Shown here piece after piece: positions 1 through 11,960 of a stretch of 64,000 nt of DNA. Position 1 is the stretch's first letter, and each line of letters starts with the position of its first letter. A model generated the notes under the pieces. It saw nothing but the letters and a program-made list of their open reading frames with translations. It had not been told where the DNA came from and ran no database searches. The DNA comes from Macrostomum lignano (taxonomy: Eukaryota). The stretch covers positions 372,001 through 436,000 of the forward strand of contig NIVC01000544.1 of the NCBI GenBank assembly GCA_002269645.1, written 5' to 3'. The position numbers and the translations under genes are program-made.

Positions 1-1335
1 TAATATATAGATATATGAAAAGTTCACTTTGGCAATTTGAAGTGCTTTAACAAACATTAAACAAGACAAATATTAGAACTTTTGTATATTTTTCTAGATA
101 TATTTTTATTACATAGATTTTATTTTATCCATAATTATAACTTTTAAAATATTAAAATTTAAAAAAAGTTACTATCATCAAAGTTATCACTTATCAAAAA
201 CATCAACCAGATAAAGAATTATGTATCCATCAACTAAAATAAAAGCACTAATTTAACAAAACTTTTTTAACTTTAAGTAACTAGCCAGTCAAGCAATTTT
301 ACCTAAATATACTACTAGTACTAGTAGGTAAAAATATATAAAAAATTAATATAACTCTATAAAAACCAGAATGATCAAATGATCTAATCAAAAGTTCAAT
401 TACACATGGTCTATGCCACCATGGTATGGACTGTGGTCATTTTGCAACAAAATCATTAACAATCTAGCTAAGATTAAAAATCATACTTTTCTTATTGGAG
501 TATTCTTATTGGGACAAAAATCATAAATAATAGTCTCATTCTGCAGAAAAGGTAGGTCGGGTGTACCACACTCCTAACATTAATTGTTTTGAGTTTTCTT
601 TACTTTTAAATGCTATAGTTAGATTTTTAATATTACCAACACCTTGTTATTGAGACAATACCAGCCTCATAAAATAGTACTAGGAGAGATCTCAGACAAA
701 ATTAATTATTACAATGAAAGTCCATAGCAGAGTCATAATAGTCAAAATACAAAAAATCTCGAAATGTCAAAATTAAAAAACCGCCACCCACGCGCGATAA
801 ATAATTGTGATTACTCATTATACGTTTTGTAACGTAATAATGCTAGCCTAACGAGCTAAAAACTTTTTCAATAACAATACTAGATGTTTATCTTATCTAT
901 TACTTATACTCATTAAACTTTAAAACATATGAAGTTGAAAATTTGTTATTTTTCTAGCAGCCTTTTACGGTTATATTGCGTTGCTTTCGGAAAATACGAG
1001 CTTATTTGCACTTCTATGCGCATTGTTTTTGTAAAACCATACATTGGAAATATAAAGAACTGACAATAAATTTATAAATAGGCCTTAGCATGGAACTTTT
1101 CAGTAAAGGGACAATAGCTAGCATTTACTTCTGATCTTTCATGCATGCGCATAAATTGATTGACAGCAAAATTAGTCTAGCTGCTGCATGTACTTTTGAG
1201 TTTTAACGTTTAACTAGCAATCTTCGCCCCCCGATGGGGGACATCTAGATAGAATCTCTGTTCTCTACAAGTAACAAACAGACAGCGAAATAAAGCCTTC
1301 ACAAAGACAACAGACATTCCCTCTAAAAGAAAACA

Positions 1336-1516
1336 TCCCAAGACAGCAAGCATCCCCCAGATAGCAAGCACCCCCCAAATACAATAGCAAGAAGCATCCG
1401 GCTGCTGCTGCTAAGTTGCGGCACTGGCGTGGCGTCACCCCCCCCCAAATAGCAAGAATCCCCCAGATAGCAAGCATCCCCCCCCCCCCCAGATAGCAAG
1501 CATCCCCCCAGATAGC
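1336..1516. repeat. Minisatellite AGATAGCAAGCATCCCCC(n)
   Basis: Several copies visible, with a variable C-run. Confidence 0.8.
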
Positions 1517-1617
1517 TCAGCATATTGCTTTTTCAGTTGATCGCAATTTTATGTACATGTAGTGTGTAATTGATATATAATTCATTTACTTAAGATGTAC
1601 GCGTAGTAAAGCACTTA

Positions 1618-4373
1618 ACCCGGGTAGCATTTTGACGTCAATTTGCGGTTGCGTTGACGTCGCAAAAATTACCTTCGCAAATCTATTCACCCCAGCCCGT
1701 CTTCGTTGATATTGTAGTTTATTTTTGCATAATTAGATGCCAGAGTCAATATGCATTTATAGTCATCATTTTGCTAGCTCAATTATGCCTGTAAAATAGC
1801 AAAGAAGTAACGTAAAATATTCGTTGAAAGTAGGTTGAAAAATCAACGTCAAACTTTAGTCATTATGGAACCCAAAATTTGACGTTTCTATGCTGCATTA
1901 CTATATAATAACGTAGATTGAATGATTTTTATAACACTAAAAAAAGTAAGGGAAAAAGTAAGGCTCGTTTTTTTACAGTTTTATTTTGTTAATACGTGTT
2001 ATTAAAATCGTACATATTTGAATATTTTGCTGCATGATAAATCGCTTTATATATAGATCATAAGTGGCGTTGCTTTTTTATTTAGTTAGTGTTACCTGCT
2101 ATATAAAACTTCACCTTCACGATGATATCAAACGTCATCTTTCTCCTGGTTGAATATTATTCGAAATATTTTCAGCTGCCATAAAACATACCAATAGATT
2201 TTTTTGGTATAGAATGACTTATTTAGTTATTAAAGCAATACCAAATCATGGCTGACTTAGCTACTAATACAAACTTTGCTAAATTGGCTAGCTAATAAGA
2301 TAGTTGCTCATTTTAATTCTACTACTTTCTCTCTCCCCATTTCCTATCAGTACTGCTGTTTTTATTGGAAATATATAGGCCCTAGTAATAATAGCCTGGC
2401 CTACCACAAGTATTGCATTGATTACAACTACTAGAGTTAAACATAATTCCTATCAAAATAATAATTGTCTGGAAATCAAATTCCTACATAAATACAGTTT
2501 GCAAAGAACTGCTTGATTTTCGAATCAGTCTTACTCTCAGCCTAGGCCTAATCATATATAATTATTGGACCTTAGATATCATATCCAACTTCCAAGATCC
2601 AATTTCAAATTTTTATTTGGAAGGTGTAGTTGTTCTAGCATTTCTATCATACAAAAAGCTTGGCATACTTGATTTGAAATTAATATTTTTGTTTCTTAGT
2701 TTTACTAATCAGCCATTTAATGACATTATATCTACTATACATGCTAAGTTCATGTTAGGCCTAGCATTTAAAATATATTTTAGTTTCCTAGTTATCTCAT
2801 TAAAATCTTTAGTAGGCCCTAATTTCTCAGTTTAGCACTCTTAGAGCTACAATTTCCTTAACAAACTTATACTTAGCTATATTCTATATTAAAACATATT
2901 TATTAATGTTTTGCTCCATCAAGTAGCCTATAGCTTGTTAATCATATTTAGACATGTTTTAGACATTATTGTAGCATTGCTAGGGCACCATTGTTTAATT
3001 TGTGGTTGAGCAGATTTTTTAGTTGAATAGAAAGTCTGAACAAAAGTAAAAAGATTTATAGGATTATGTATAGAAATCCTAAGACTAAGAGTAGGGCCTA
3101 AGGCTAAAGACTTCTGTATAATATAGTTTTGTATATTGCAATTTATGGATGTATAAAATGTAACTGTACAAATACATGTCAAAATCTTTTTATAACCAAA
3201 TATACTTTTTCTGCCTATTTCAGATAACCACCTGGGTGAAGAGGACAGGAGAGATTGCTACTATATGCCATCAATGATACTAATTCCAACTCCTAGATGA
3301 GGAGGAGAAAATTCATTCTTATGATGACATCATCCCTGCTTATTGGAACAGGTTGTCATGAAGGGATGTCAGCTAGTCAATTTGAGGAAGGAGTTGAGGA
3401 AGAGGATAACAATTCACCATTTGATTCAGTCTCCTCCAATTCAGAGACTGAGGATTATCAAGAATTTGATGTTGATCTTCTGACTGAAAGACTGGGCAAT
3501 ATGCAGCAATATGCAACTACTCTCTATTTATTTATTCTACAGTTCTGTTGTTTGCTGCTCTCATCCTTATATTTGTTTCAATGACACTGTTTTCAACATT
3601 CTATTCTGTTTTGTCAGTACTGTCGTTTTTGGCACTATTGTAAATTTTTCAACTTTTAAAATTTTATTAATTATCATCCTTTTCATAAATTTTCATATGC
3701 AAGCATCAACTTAATTTGTGTTAAAATAACAATTTACGAAGAAAAGTAACAATTTAACTTCTAAATCCAATGTCTACAATATGTATGTATACAAGAGCAG
3801 ATGAATATAAGGCTTTGTCCGCATGTATTCTTGTTTAATATTTTCTGGTAAAAATGTAACTATATTAGCCAGGGGCGTAGCCAAGGGGGGTCATTGGGGT
3901 CATGAACCCCCCAGCCGGCTGATCCAGGCCAAATACAGGCAGCAGCCCCCCTCCCCCGTCGCAGAGGCCTAACACCCCGTCCCCGGTTGCCGCTGTGACT
4001 GTGACCCCCGGAAGGAAATTCCTAGCTACGCCACTGCTATTAGCTTCTAGAAATAAGATGGGTATACATGTACTGCCTACACACATTCAAAGAAAGTTGA
4101 CTTCAGAATGCAAAGATAACCATCAATCATAAAGCCAGTAACATTTGTTTTCTTAAAAGACATCATACCAGTCATTTCGTGCATTTAAAAGCCATTAAAT
4201 CTATTAAATAAAGACGGTAAAATTTCGGTACATTTTGACGTCAAAACAACGTCACAGATCTAGGTCAAAATTACGTAAAAAACATCGACAGAATTGACGT
4301 CATTTTGACGTTACACTTTGACCTATTTTCAACGTCATTTTGACGTCGCGCAACGTCACTTTGCTACCCGGGT
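1618..4373. mobile_element. Non-autonomous DNA transposon with 12-bp perfect TIRs and a 9-bp TSD (Mutator-like or unclassified)
   Basis: ACCCGGGTAGCA at 1618-1629 and TGCTACCCGGGT at 4362-4373; both ends have GACGT(C)-rich subterminal repeats; flanks AAGCACTTA (1609-1617) and AAGCACTTC (4374-4382). No transposase ORF. Confidence 0.75.
3870..4036. mobile_element. hAT-type MITE nested in the 1618-4373 element
   Basis: TIRs CAGGGGCGTAGC / GCTACGCCACTG (11 of 12 match); 8-bp flanks ATATTAGC / CTATTAGC; GC-rich island in AT-rich DNA. Confidence 0.75.
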
Positions 4374-5651
4374 AAGCACTTCATTTTCTTACCAAGCTCA
4401 GCAGTACGTAGCATAGCTTTTTTCTTCTATTTAATTTGTATTTTATGCGCATAATCAACCACAATATGCGAATCCGTTCACAGCAGCTTCTCTAAGCAGT
4501 CCAACTTCCTGGTGTTCTGCTGAATGCATTCCAGAAGCACATGCACTTGGGTTTGGGAATTATAAGAGATCGAGCACAAAAATTCGAGACGGTGTCGTGT
4601 GATTGGTTTTTTTACATGTAGATTTCTTAGACAGGGGCTGTGCAGTGCACCCTGCTGGCGCACAAGCGACAGAACCGGCGCGAGACATCACTCTCATCCC
4701 GCGACTCCTCTGAGCGGAGGCACACAAGCGCGCGGATACGTACGCAGGCACACACTCACAGAGTGGACAGCGGCCCCAACTTTATTTATCGTTAAGGCAT
4801 GTACACTTCACTGTGCCTTGGGGGGTTGGCCCTCAAGCTGGGCGAATTATATAATTGCACGAGCATCACAGCCAAGTCGAGATTCCAATTTAGCCACAAA
4901 ATAATTAGCACTTGAAATCGAGCCCATGGATCGCTAACACATGGGTCATGCGTCTATCTTGCTTTGCATGCGCTTTCGTGTGTGGTACAATGAATGCACT
5001 TTTGTTTTTAACGGAGACTCTCAGAAATACGTTTGTGCGGTATTGCGTTAATTGTCACTCAGTACCTTAAGCGACATTACATACTCGTATGGACTGGTAC
5101 CCCAGTCTGCAGGTAGTTATTCACTGTCCTTAATTTTTATTTTTATTACTTGAATTCCCGCTAATAAGGAAATGTCTATAGTAAACATGTGTAAGACAAA
5201 ATACATAAAAATCTTTTTTTTGTTTTAAATAAGCAAAATCAAAGCAACAAGCAATAACTTGAATATATACTCGTAGGTTACAAAAAGTCAACCGGCTGTT
5301 CATTCGACTCCGAGAGCAAACAACTCGATTGGCTTCCCAAATTGCAAGATTTGTTTCTTTTATTATTCAATACAACACACTTTATTTAAGCAGGAATAAT
5401 TAAAATAATTACAGGGACTGAGACAGGACAAACCATACAAAGGATAAAACAACAAAAACCATTCCCTTAGTAGAATTATTACATTGTCACACTCGAGGAT
5501 CCGAGATCAGATAGATTATAAATTCCTTAATAAAATTTCCCCAATTTTAAACAGTTTGAACTTGAGTAACATAAATGAATATTTTAAAGTTATATTTTTC
5601 AAATAACTTCCAGACACTGCTTTCAGTTTGCTTGTTTTTCAACCAAATAAA

Positions 5652-8281
5652 TCACTTCGCTTTCTCCTTTTTAGCATCGCCACCAGCCGTTGGCGGCATC
5701 GGCGGCGGATGCGCCGGCCGCTGTGGCGGCGCCTGCGGCTGCTGCGGCATCTGCTGCTGCTGGGCAAAGTAAGCGCCACTATATTTATTATACCACTCCA
5801 TATATTCGGCGTAGTACTTCTGATAGGCCGGATCGTTATAAGCCGGCAGCTGCGGCGCGGCCGGGAATCCGGCAGCAGCTTGACTGTCCATCCTAGCGTT
5901 CTTGGCCGCGCTCGGCCCCACACCTGTCTGGGCGCCGGTAGCGCCGGCGGCGGCGCCAGAATTGGCGCCCTCCTTGCCCCAGCCAAGCTTGGCAGTGAAG
6001 CCCTCAATAGTAGCTCCGTGCATAGCAACAATAGCCTGGGTAGCCGCGTCGTGACTGTCGAACCGGATAAACGCGAAGCCTTTATCCTCGTGCACTTTAA
6101 CATCGTGAATAGTGCCGAATTGGCTGAAATTTTCCCTGACTAAAGCTTCAGTCAGGCCGCGCTGAATGCCGCCGAAGTAAACGGAGGTGTTGTACAGGGT
6201 GGTCTCGTTATAGACGTCGTCGTAGTTGCGCTTCATCGGGCGTCGCCTGACGCCGCCGTCGCCTTGACCGCCGTTGCTGCCGCCCGAGCCGCCGAAGCCG
6301 CCGGCAAAACCTCCGGGATTGTTGCGACGGCTGGCCTATTATGAAAATGATTAACATAGAAAAATTATGTGCATTCTTATTACACTTTTTGTGCATGCAC
6401 CTTATCCTTTGATGAGATTTTGTCATTCTAAAAGTAAATAATGACAAACAGGTCATATTCTAAATCGTTATTTTTAAAAGTAAACATTCGGAAGAATCCA
6501 CGGTTCTCCAAAGTTTACATTGCTAAAAGTTGATCATTTTTAAGGTTCACATAGCTAAAAGTTCACATTCTTTAAAGTTCAAATTGCTGAAAGTTCACAT
6601 TCCTAAAAGTACACATTCCTAAAAGTTCACATTCCTAAAAGTTTACAATTGGTAAAAGATCACACCATAAAAGTTCACAAGTCTTAAAATTATACACTCC
6701 TAAAAGTTCATAATTCCTAAGAGTTTACAATACCTAAAAGTGCACAATCCCTGAAGTTCACACAATTCTTAGAAGTTCACATCCTAAAAGTTCAGAATTC
6801 TTAAAAGTTTACATTTCTAAAAGTTCACATCGTAAAACTTTGCATTCGTTAAAGTTCATAATTCCTAAAAAATGACAATTCCAAAAAGTTCATAATTGAT
6901 GAAAGTTCATAATTACTGACAGTTCAGAATTCTTAAAAGTTCGTAATTCCTAAAAATGTTCTAAAAGCCAAATTAAGTAGGCTTTATAAATAACTTTCCA
7001 CAATAGAATTGACAAACTTGAAAACGTTTGCCAGTTTTCAATTACTCACCCAGGACACTCGCATTGGCTTGAATCGCAACAGATTGCCATTCTCAGCCGA
7101 TATAGCCGAAGTCGCATCAGTCTCATTTTCGTAAGTTAAAAATGCGTAAGTCTTAAATCCGCCATCCTGATGCCGAATAATCTTGCACTCCAATATAGGA
7201 CCGTAGGGCACAAATACGTCCATTATTTCGCTTTCTTCAATGTCCGGCACCAGGTCGCCAACAAATACGTGATGACCTTTAGATGGGTCGGGCTTGGCAC
7301 CCGGGGCTGTGGCCCAGTTAACGCGAAGCTCGCGGCCCATCAGACTGATCCGGTTCATGGCTGTCAGGGCGATCTGACAGCGAATTCGAAAGAAATTTTG
7401 ATTAAATATTCACCATTCTAAGGAATCGGTCAGGACATTTCTATTTTAAGCTATTCTTCTAGCAATGTTATTCAGCGATTCTAAGAAAACTATGGTGACT
7501 AAACAAGGTGATTCTAAGAAACACTTGGGTAACTAAATAAGTTGATTCTAAGAAACAGTAGGGTGATTAAACGAGGGTGATTCTAAGAAGAAATAGCGTG
7601 CCTAAATGAGGTGATTCTAAGAAACAGTAGGGTGACCAAATTGGGTGATTCTAAGAAACAGTAAGGTGACTAAATAAGATGAATATAAGAAACAGTAGGG
7701 TGACTAAATGAGGTGATTTTAAGAAACAAACTACCAAACTACCAAACCAAACTAGGGTGATTCTAAGAAACAGTAGGGTGACCAAATTGGGTGATTCTAA
7801 GAAACAATAGGGTGACTAAGTTGGGTGATTTTAAGAAACAGTAGTATGACTATAAATAAGGTAATTCTAGGAAAATTTATAGGTTTGGACTTTCTAAGAA
7901 ACCAACATAAGGTTTTGAAGAATAAATAAACTAGCGATTTAAAGGGACAATTTGAACTGTTCCATAAAGAATTGGATGCCTCACCTGAGCCTGCTGATGA
8001 TTGCCCAGTTCCATAAATGCATAATTATCCGAGCCCGGATTGCCGCCTCGTATAATTTTACAGGCCAAGCACTCGCCAAACTGGGCAAACACGGCCACGA
8101 GAATCTGTTCGGTACAATCAGGCGCCAGATTGCCAACGTATAATACCCGTTTCTCAGCTGTGCCAGTTGGCGACGGGTTCTGGCCGCATGGTCCGGTTGG
8201 CTGAGGCTGCGCTGGTGCTACCGGGTAGCCGGGGGGTGGCATCTGGTACATGCTGCTGCTGCTGCTGACGCTGATGTACAT
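5652..8281 (-). CDS. TIA1: TIA-1/TIAR-family RNA-binding protein (3 RRMs + Q/P/Y-rich tail), about 434 aa, 3 coding exons
   Basis: Exons 8281-7985, 7373-7050, 6335-5652 (297+324+684 nt, all phase 0, GT-AG). RRM1 RVLYVGNL...DNYAFMEL...MGRELRVNWAT; RRM2 HHVFVGDL...KTYAFLTY; RRM3 NTSVYFGGI...DKGFAFIRFDSHDAATQAIVAMHG. The linker MKRNYDDVYNET matches the TIA1 pattern. Start Met could be 8281 or 8251. Confidence 0.9.
6500..6950. repeat. Degenerate 17-19-bp minisatellite AAAGTTCACATTCCTAA in TIA1 intron 2
   Basis: Repeated AAAGTTCACA/AAAGTTCATA motifs. Confidence 0.8.
7475..7870. repeat. About 32-bp minisatellite GGGTGATTCTAAGAAACAGTAGGGTGACTAAAT in TIA1 intron 1
   Basis: More than 10 copies of GATTCTAAGAAAC-like units. 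Confidence 0.85.
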
Positions 8282-11200
8282 TGGGGACAGGGAGAGAGAT
8301 GGGGGTAGCAATACCCTGTAGAACTATATCATTTTGAATCAATAATTATTGTGTAATAAAATGCAATGAAAGCGTCAGGATACTTGAATAGATGGATAAA
8401 AAAAACATTTTCGACTGCCAGACTGTTTGTTTTAATTCCCCAGTTAACTGCCAGACAGACTAATATGAGTAATCACTGTGAATATGGAACTATAAGGACT
8501 ATGTATGCTAGTAGAGTCAAGATGGCATCCCAATCCTACAAAATCCCAAGAAAGATATCCTAAAAACTTCTCTGCACCTTTCTGCCAATAAATCATTTTT
8601 CGTGTCTCCCCACCATGTCAGCCAGTGTGTGTGTATGTACTACTATATATGCAGTTGAAAATTGTAATTTATAAAACAGAAACAGTACAGCAGTGACTAA
8701 GGATCGTTACGTGTTTTAGATATTGGCATCAGCTCCTGAGAACACTTCTCGTTTGCCATTGAGACACTCTTAGAATACCTGAAAACACCATTAATATGAC
8801 AGGAACATTAAATCAAATTCAATTAAGCAGTCAAGAGCCTCTTTCATCAGAAGAGAAGAAGAACCAAGAGTGTCTTACCCAACTGGAGTTTGAATGAAGT
8901 ACCTCGAATATGGCATTGCATCACAATATAGTAAGTAATAAAGATAATAATAAGAAAATGTATTGTTTAAGCTAATAAATGAAAAGATCCTTTATATTTA
9001 CTGTCAAAAAGAAGCAACTTTGCTTCACTTCCAGATTTTCAAACACTGAATCTACATTTTATTTTATTACTCAGTAGTGTACTTAAAAAAGAAAGTATAA
9101 CATACTTAAAGGTAGTATCCTTACCTTTTAAATTAATAGCAACAAATTGAAAATGAATATACCAAGTGGTGTCCAAGGCTTGTATTCCAGTAAAAATCTG
9201 TTGTTGCACTAAGTAGTTACTGAAAATGAAAATAAAATTATAGAGTAGGTACTTTATTGTTTTAAACAAAATGTACACTTTAGCTAAACATGGCCCAATA
9301 AAAAGCAAACCTTAACAAAGTTTTCCATTTATAAAAAATGAATAAATTGCAAATTGTGTTGAAAAGCAAAACAAACAATAGGCCTAATTAATATAGATTA
9401 TGAGATACTACCAAGTAGACTTTTAAATAGATTTAATTTTACCAATTATAGATAAAACTGTAAATGAATTGAAATCATTTACTTAATGATTATTTTCTCA
9501 AAAATGATAAAATGAAAAATTTATAAAATAACTAGCTATTTATCTCATTAAATTAGATAGAGCTTTAATAAAATCTAGTATGCAGATATAGACTTGATCA
9601 CAATGGTCAAGTGCAATTCAGTGGCTAAGTCAGTAGCTTTATGGCTATGAAAAAGCCAAAGGCAATAGCAGTTGCCAGACAATAACATTGAATTTGCAAT
9701 GTAAGTCGATTTTTAGAGAGCTCAATTATTGTTACATTTATTATTTAATTATTAGTATTAGACAATATAAGTTGTAAGACATATGCAATCAATACAACTA
9801 ATACAAAAGTTTAAAAAGGAAAATGCCATGCTGAAACTTCATTGCATACTAATATTTCCTTATTCAAGGGCATAGGCCTATTTATCCCATATTATCTATA
9901 TATATAGACCCATTAAAAGTATTCAACTTCTTGACTTGACTTGATTAAAATTTCTTGACTGTCAAGTAGTTGAAACCTCAACTCATTTACTCAACATGTA
10001 AAGTACTCCAAGTATTTGTTTGGCTTCTAACTGGTATGTTAGAAATTTACAGTGTACATGTAACCTTCAGAAGCATAGGAATTATATAATAAAATATAGA
10101 TAATATTTTTATTATTGCCATGGCTATCTACAGTCCAGATCATGCTAGGTACATTAGGCATATTTGAAGTAGGCCTATTGTTCATTAAATTATTTTTTCA
10201 TTTTCAGCTTCAAGAGAGAAATTCAATGGGAAGTAAAGCATGAAGCATGAAGCTGTGCTCTTTCGTTCTTTTTCGGCAAGTTTAGCCCCATGCATCTTTG
10301 CACATACCATATTGCATCACACATCATTGTTAGAACTTAGGCCTAATAAATGCATTGACTGGTCTAGACTAACCATGCATAGCAACAGCTTAGCAACACA
10401 AAGTACTCCCACTATTATTGCACAACTCATGATTCATTCATTGAAACCCCTAATGGAAAAAGTGACATTTTCCTGGACATGTGTCTGGCACATTTTTTAT
10501 TCGAAATTTCAGGTCAGCGCGGCACAGCTGTGGCCAGGTTGCAGCACAGCGCGATTTAGTGTGGGAGGTTGCGCGTGCAGTGTGGCGTGGCGGCGCAACA
10601 CAACAAGAAAATATATATGCAGCACAATGTGGAGCAGCTTGGTGCATTTTTAGGGCTAAATTTTTGGCCTTGGCGCGCTTTAAAGCTGAAGGCTGTCACT
10701 TTTTGGCACGTGTCCAAGCAGTTTGTTCAAAAATTCCAATAGGGATTGAAACATTGCTAGCTTGCATAATTGCAATCTAAAAGCTAGGCTAGAATTTGCA
10801 AAAAAATGACCTTTATTACATTGAAACAATAAATGGCCTTTTTGTTTTGTATATAAGACCTTTATCGCAGATAATTTGCATGATTATTTTATTAATATTT
10901 TTGCCTACTATTTTTATTTAGTGTATTATTTAAACATTTGTTTAAATATTTATTACTAGTTTAAAGCCAAAAACAAAGCTTAAAATTTATACTTAAAATG
11001 AATTTTTCAATATTTTTCCATTAAACACTAACTTTTTGAGTGATTCTATTACACAGCACACCAAGTATGAATGCATTCTATTTTTTTTTCTTAGGAGCCA
11101 TGTATGCCAAATATGCACACCTAAGCCCCTAACTTTTAGTATACAAGGCTAATGTTAGTAATGCACTCCCAATTTTTTGGGCATATATTATATGATCTGG

Positions 11201-11314
11201 AGTGTAGATAGCCATGGGATGGGACCATAGTGGCATAGGCATAGAGGGAAGGCTATAGTATTGTATAAGAATAATAAGTAATGCTTGAACTATAATTTTT
11301 AAATAGGCCTAGGA

Positions 11315-11960
11315 CCGGCATTTGACCAAGATGGCCACATACCAAGATAGCCACAGCTCTAAATGTTTAAATAGACAATAATAAGGCTAGGTGACCTACA
11401 TATTTTGCTTATTTTGTTTGGTAAGATTAATTCGGGAAATAGACGTTATAATAAAATTTTATTATATTATAATTATTCCCTTTGGCAATTGGCCTTAGCT
11501 TTTATTATAGCCTGATCTAGGGGCTTATAGATATTTATCCACTATATAAGGCAAGTACAGAATGCATAAAGCAATACATAAGGCACTACATAAGGCAAGC
11601 ACAAAATAAATAAGGGCTTACCTTATTGCATATTTATCTTAATTTTTTATATAGCTAGCATTACCACTAAAATAGTTTTTTGATAAACTGATAGTGATAA
11701 GATTTGATAGATGTAACAATAATAGAAAATAAATTGGCACAAACACTAAAAAAGATTATTAAAGTTTTTGATTTTTGTAAAAGGCCTAATTAGTTTCTAT
11801 AAAATTCATTACATTAGTTTCTATTAAATTTACTATTGTATCGGTATTTATGAATATGATTGATTAAATAATAATTATTATAAATATAAAAATAGCTAAT
11901 TATGTTGCTAATTAATGATAATGTTGTGGTGTGGCCATCTTGGTCTTATACCCTAGCCGG
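11315..11960. mobile_element. Probable MITE with terminal inverted repeats
   Basis: GACCAAGATGGCCACA at 11324-11339 and its exact reverse complement at 11930-11945, each with an outer CCGG; AT-rich interior; no clear TSD. Confidence 0.5.

Noticed and set aside
1221-1250. Helitron 3' end (CCCCC-CGAT-GGGGG-ACAT-CTAG)
   Set aside because: CTAG is followed by A rather than T and no matching 5' end was found.
8154-8342. TIA1 as another case of SL-AUG initiation
   Set aside because: The acceptor at 8316|8315 is out of frame with TIA1, which has its own ATG at 8281. An SL AUG would open an overlapping out-of-frame ORF, so a cis-spliced 5'UTR exon is more likely; this counts against generalising the SL model to all genes here.
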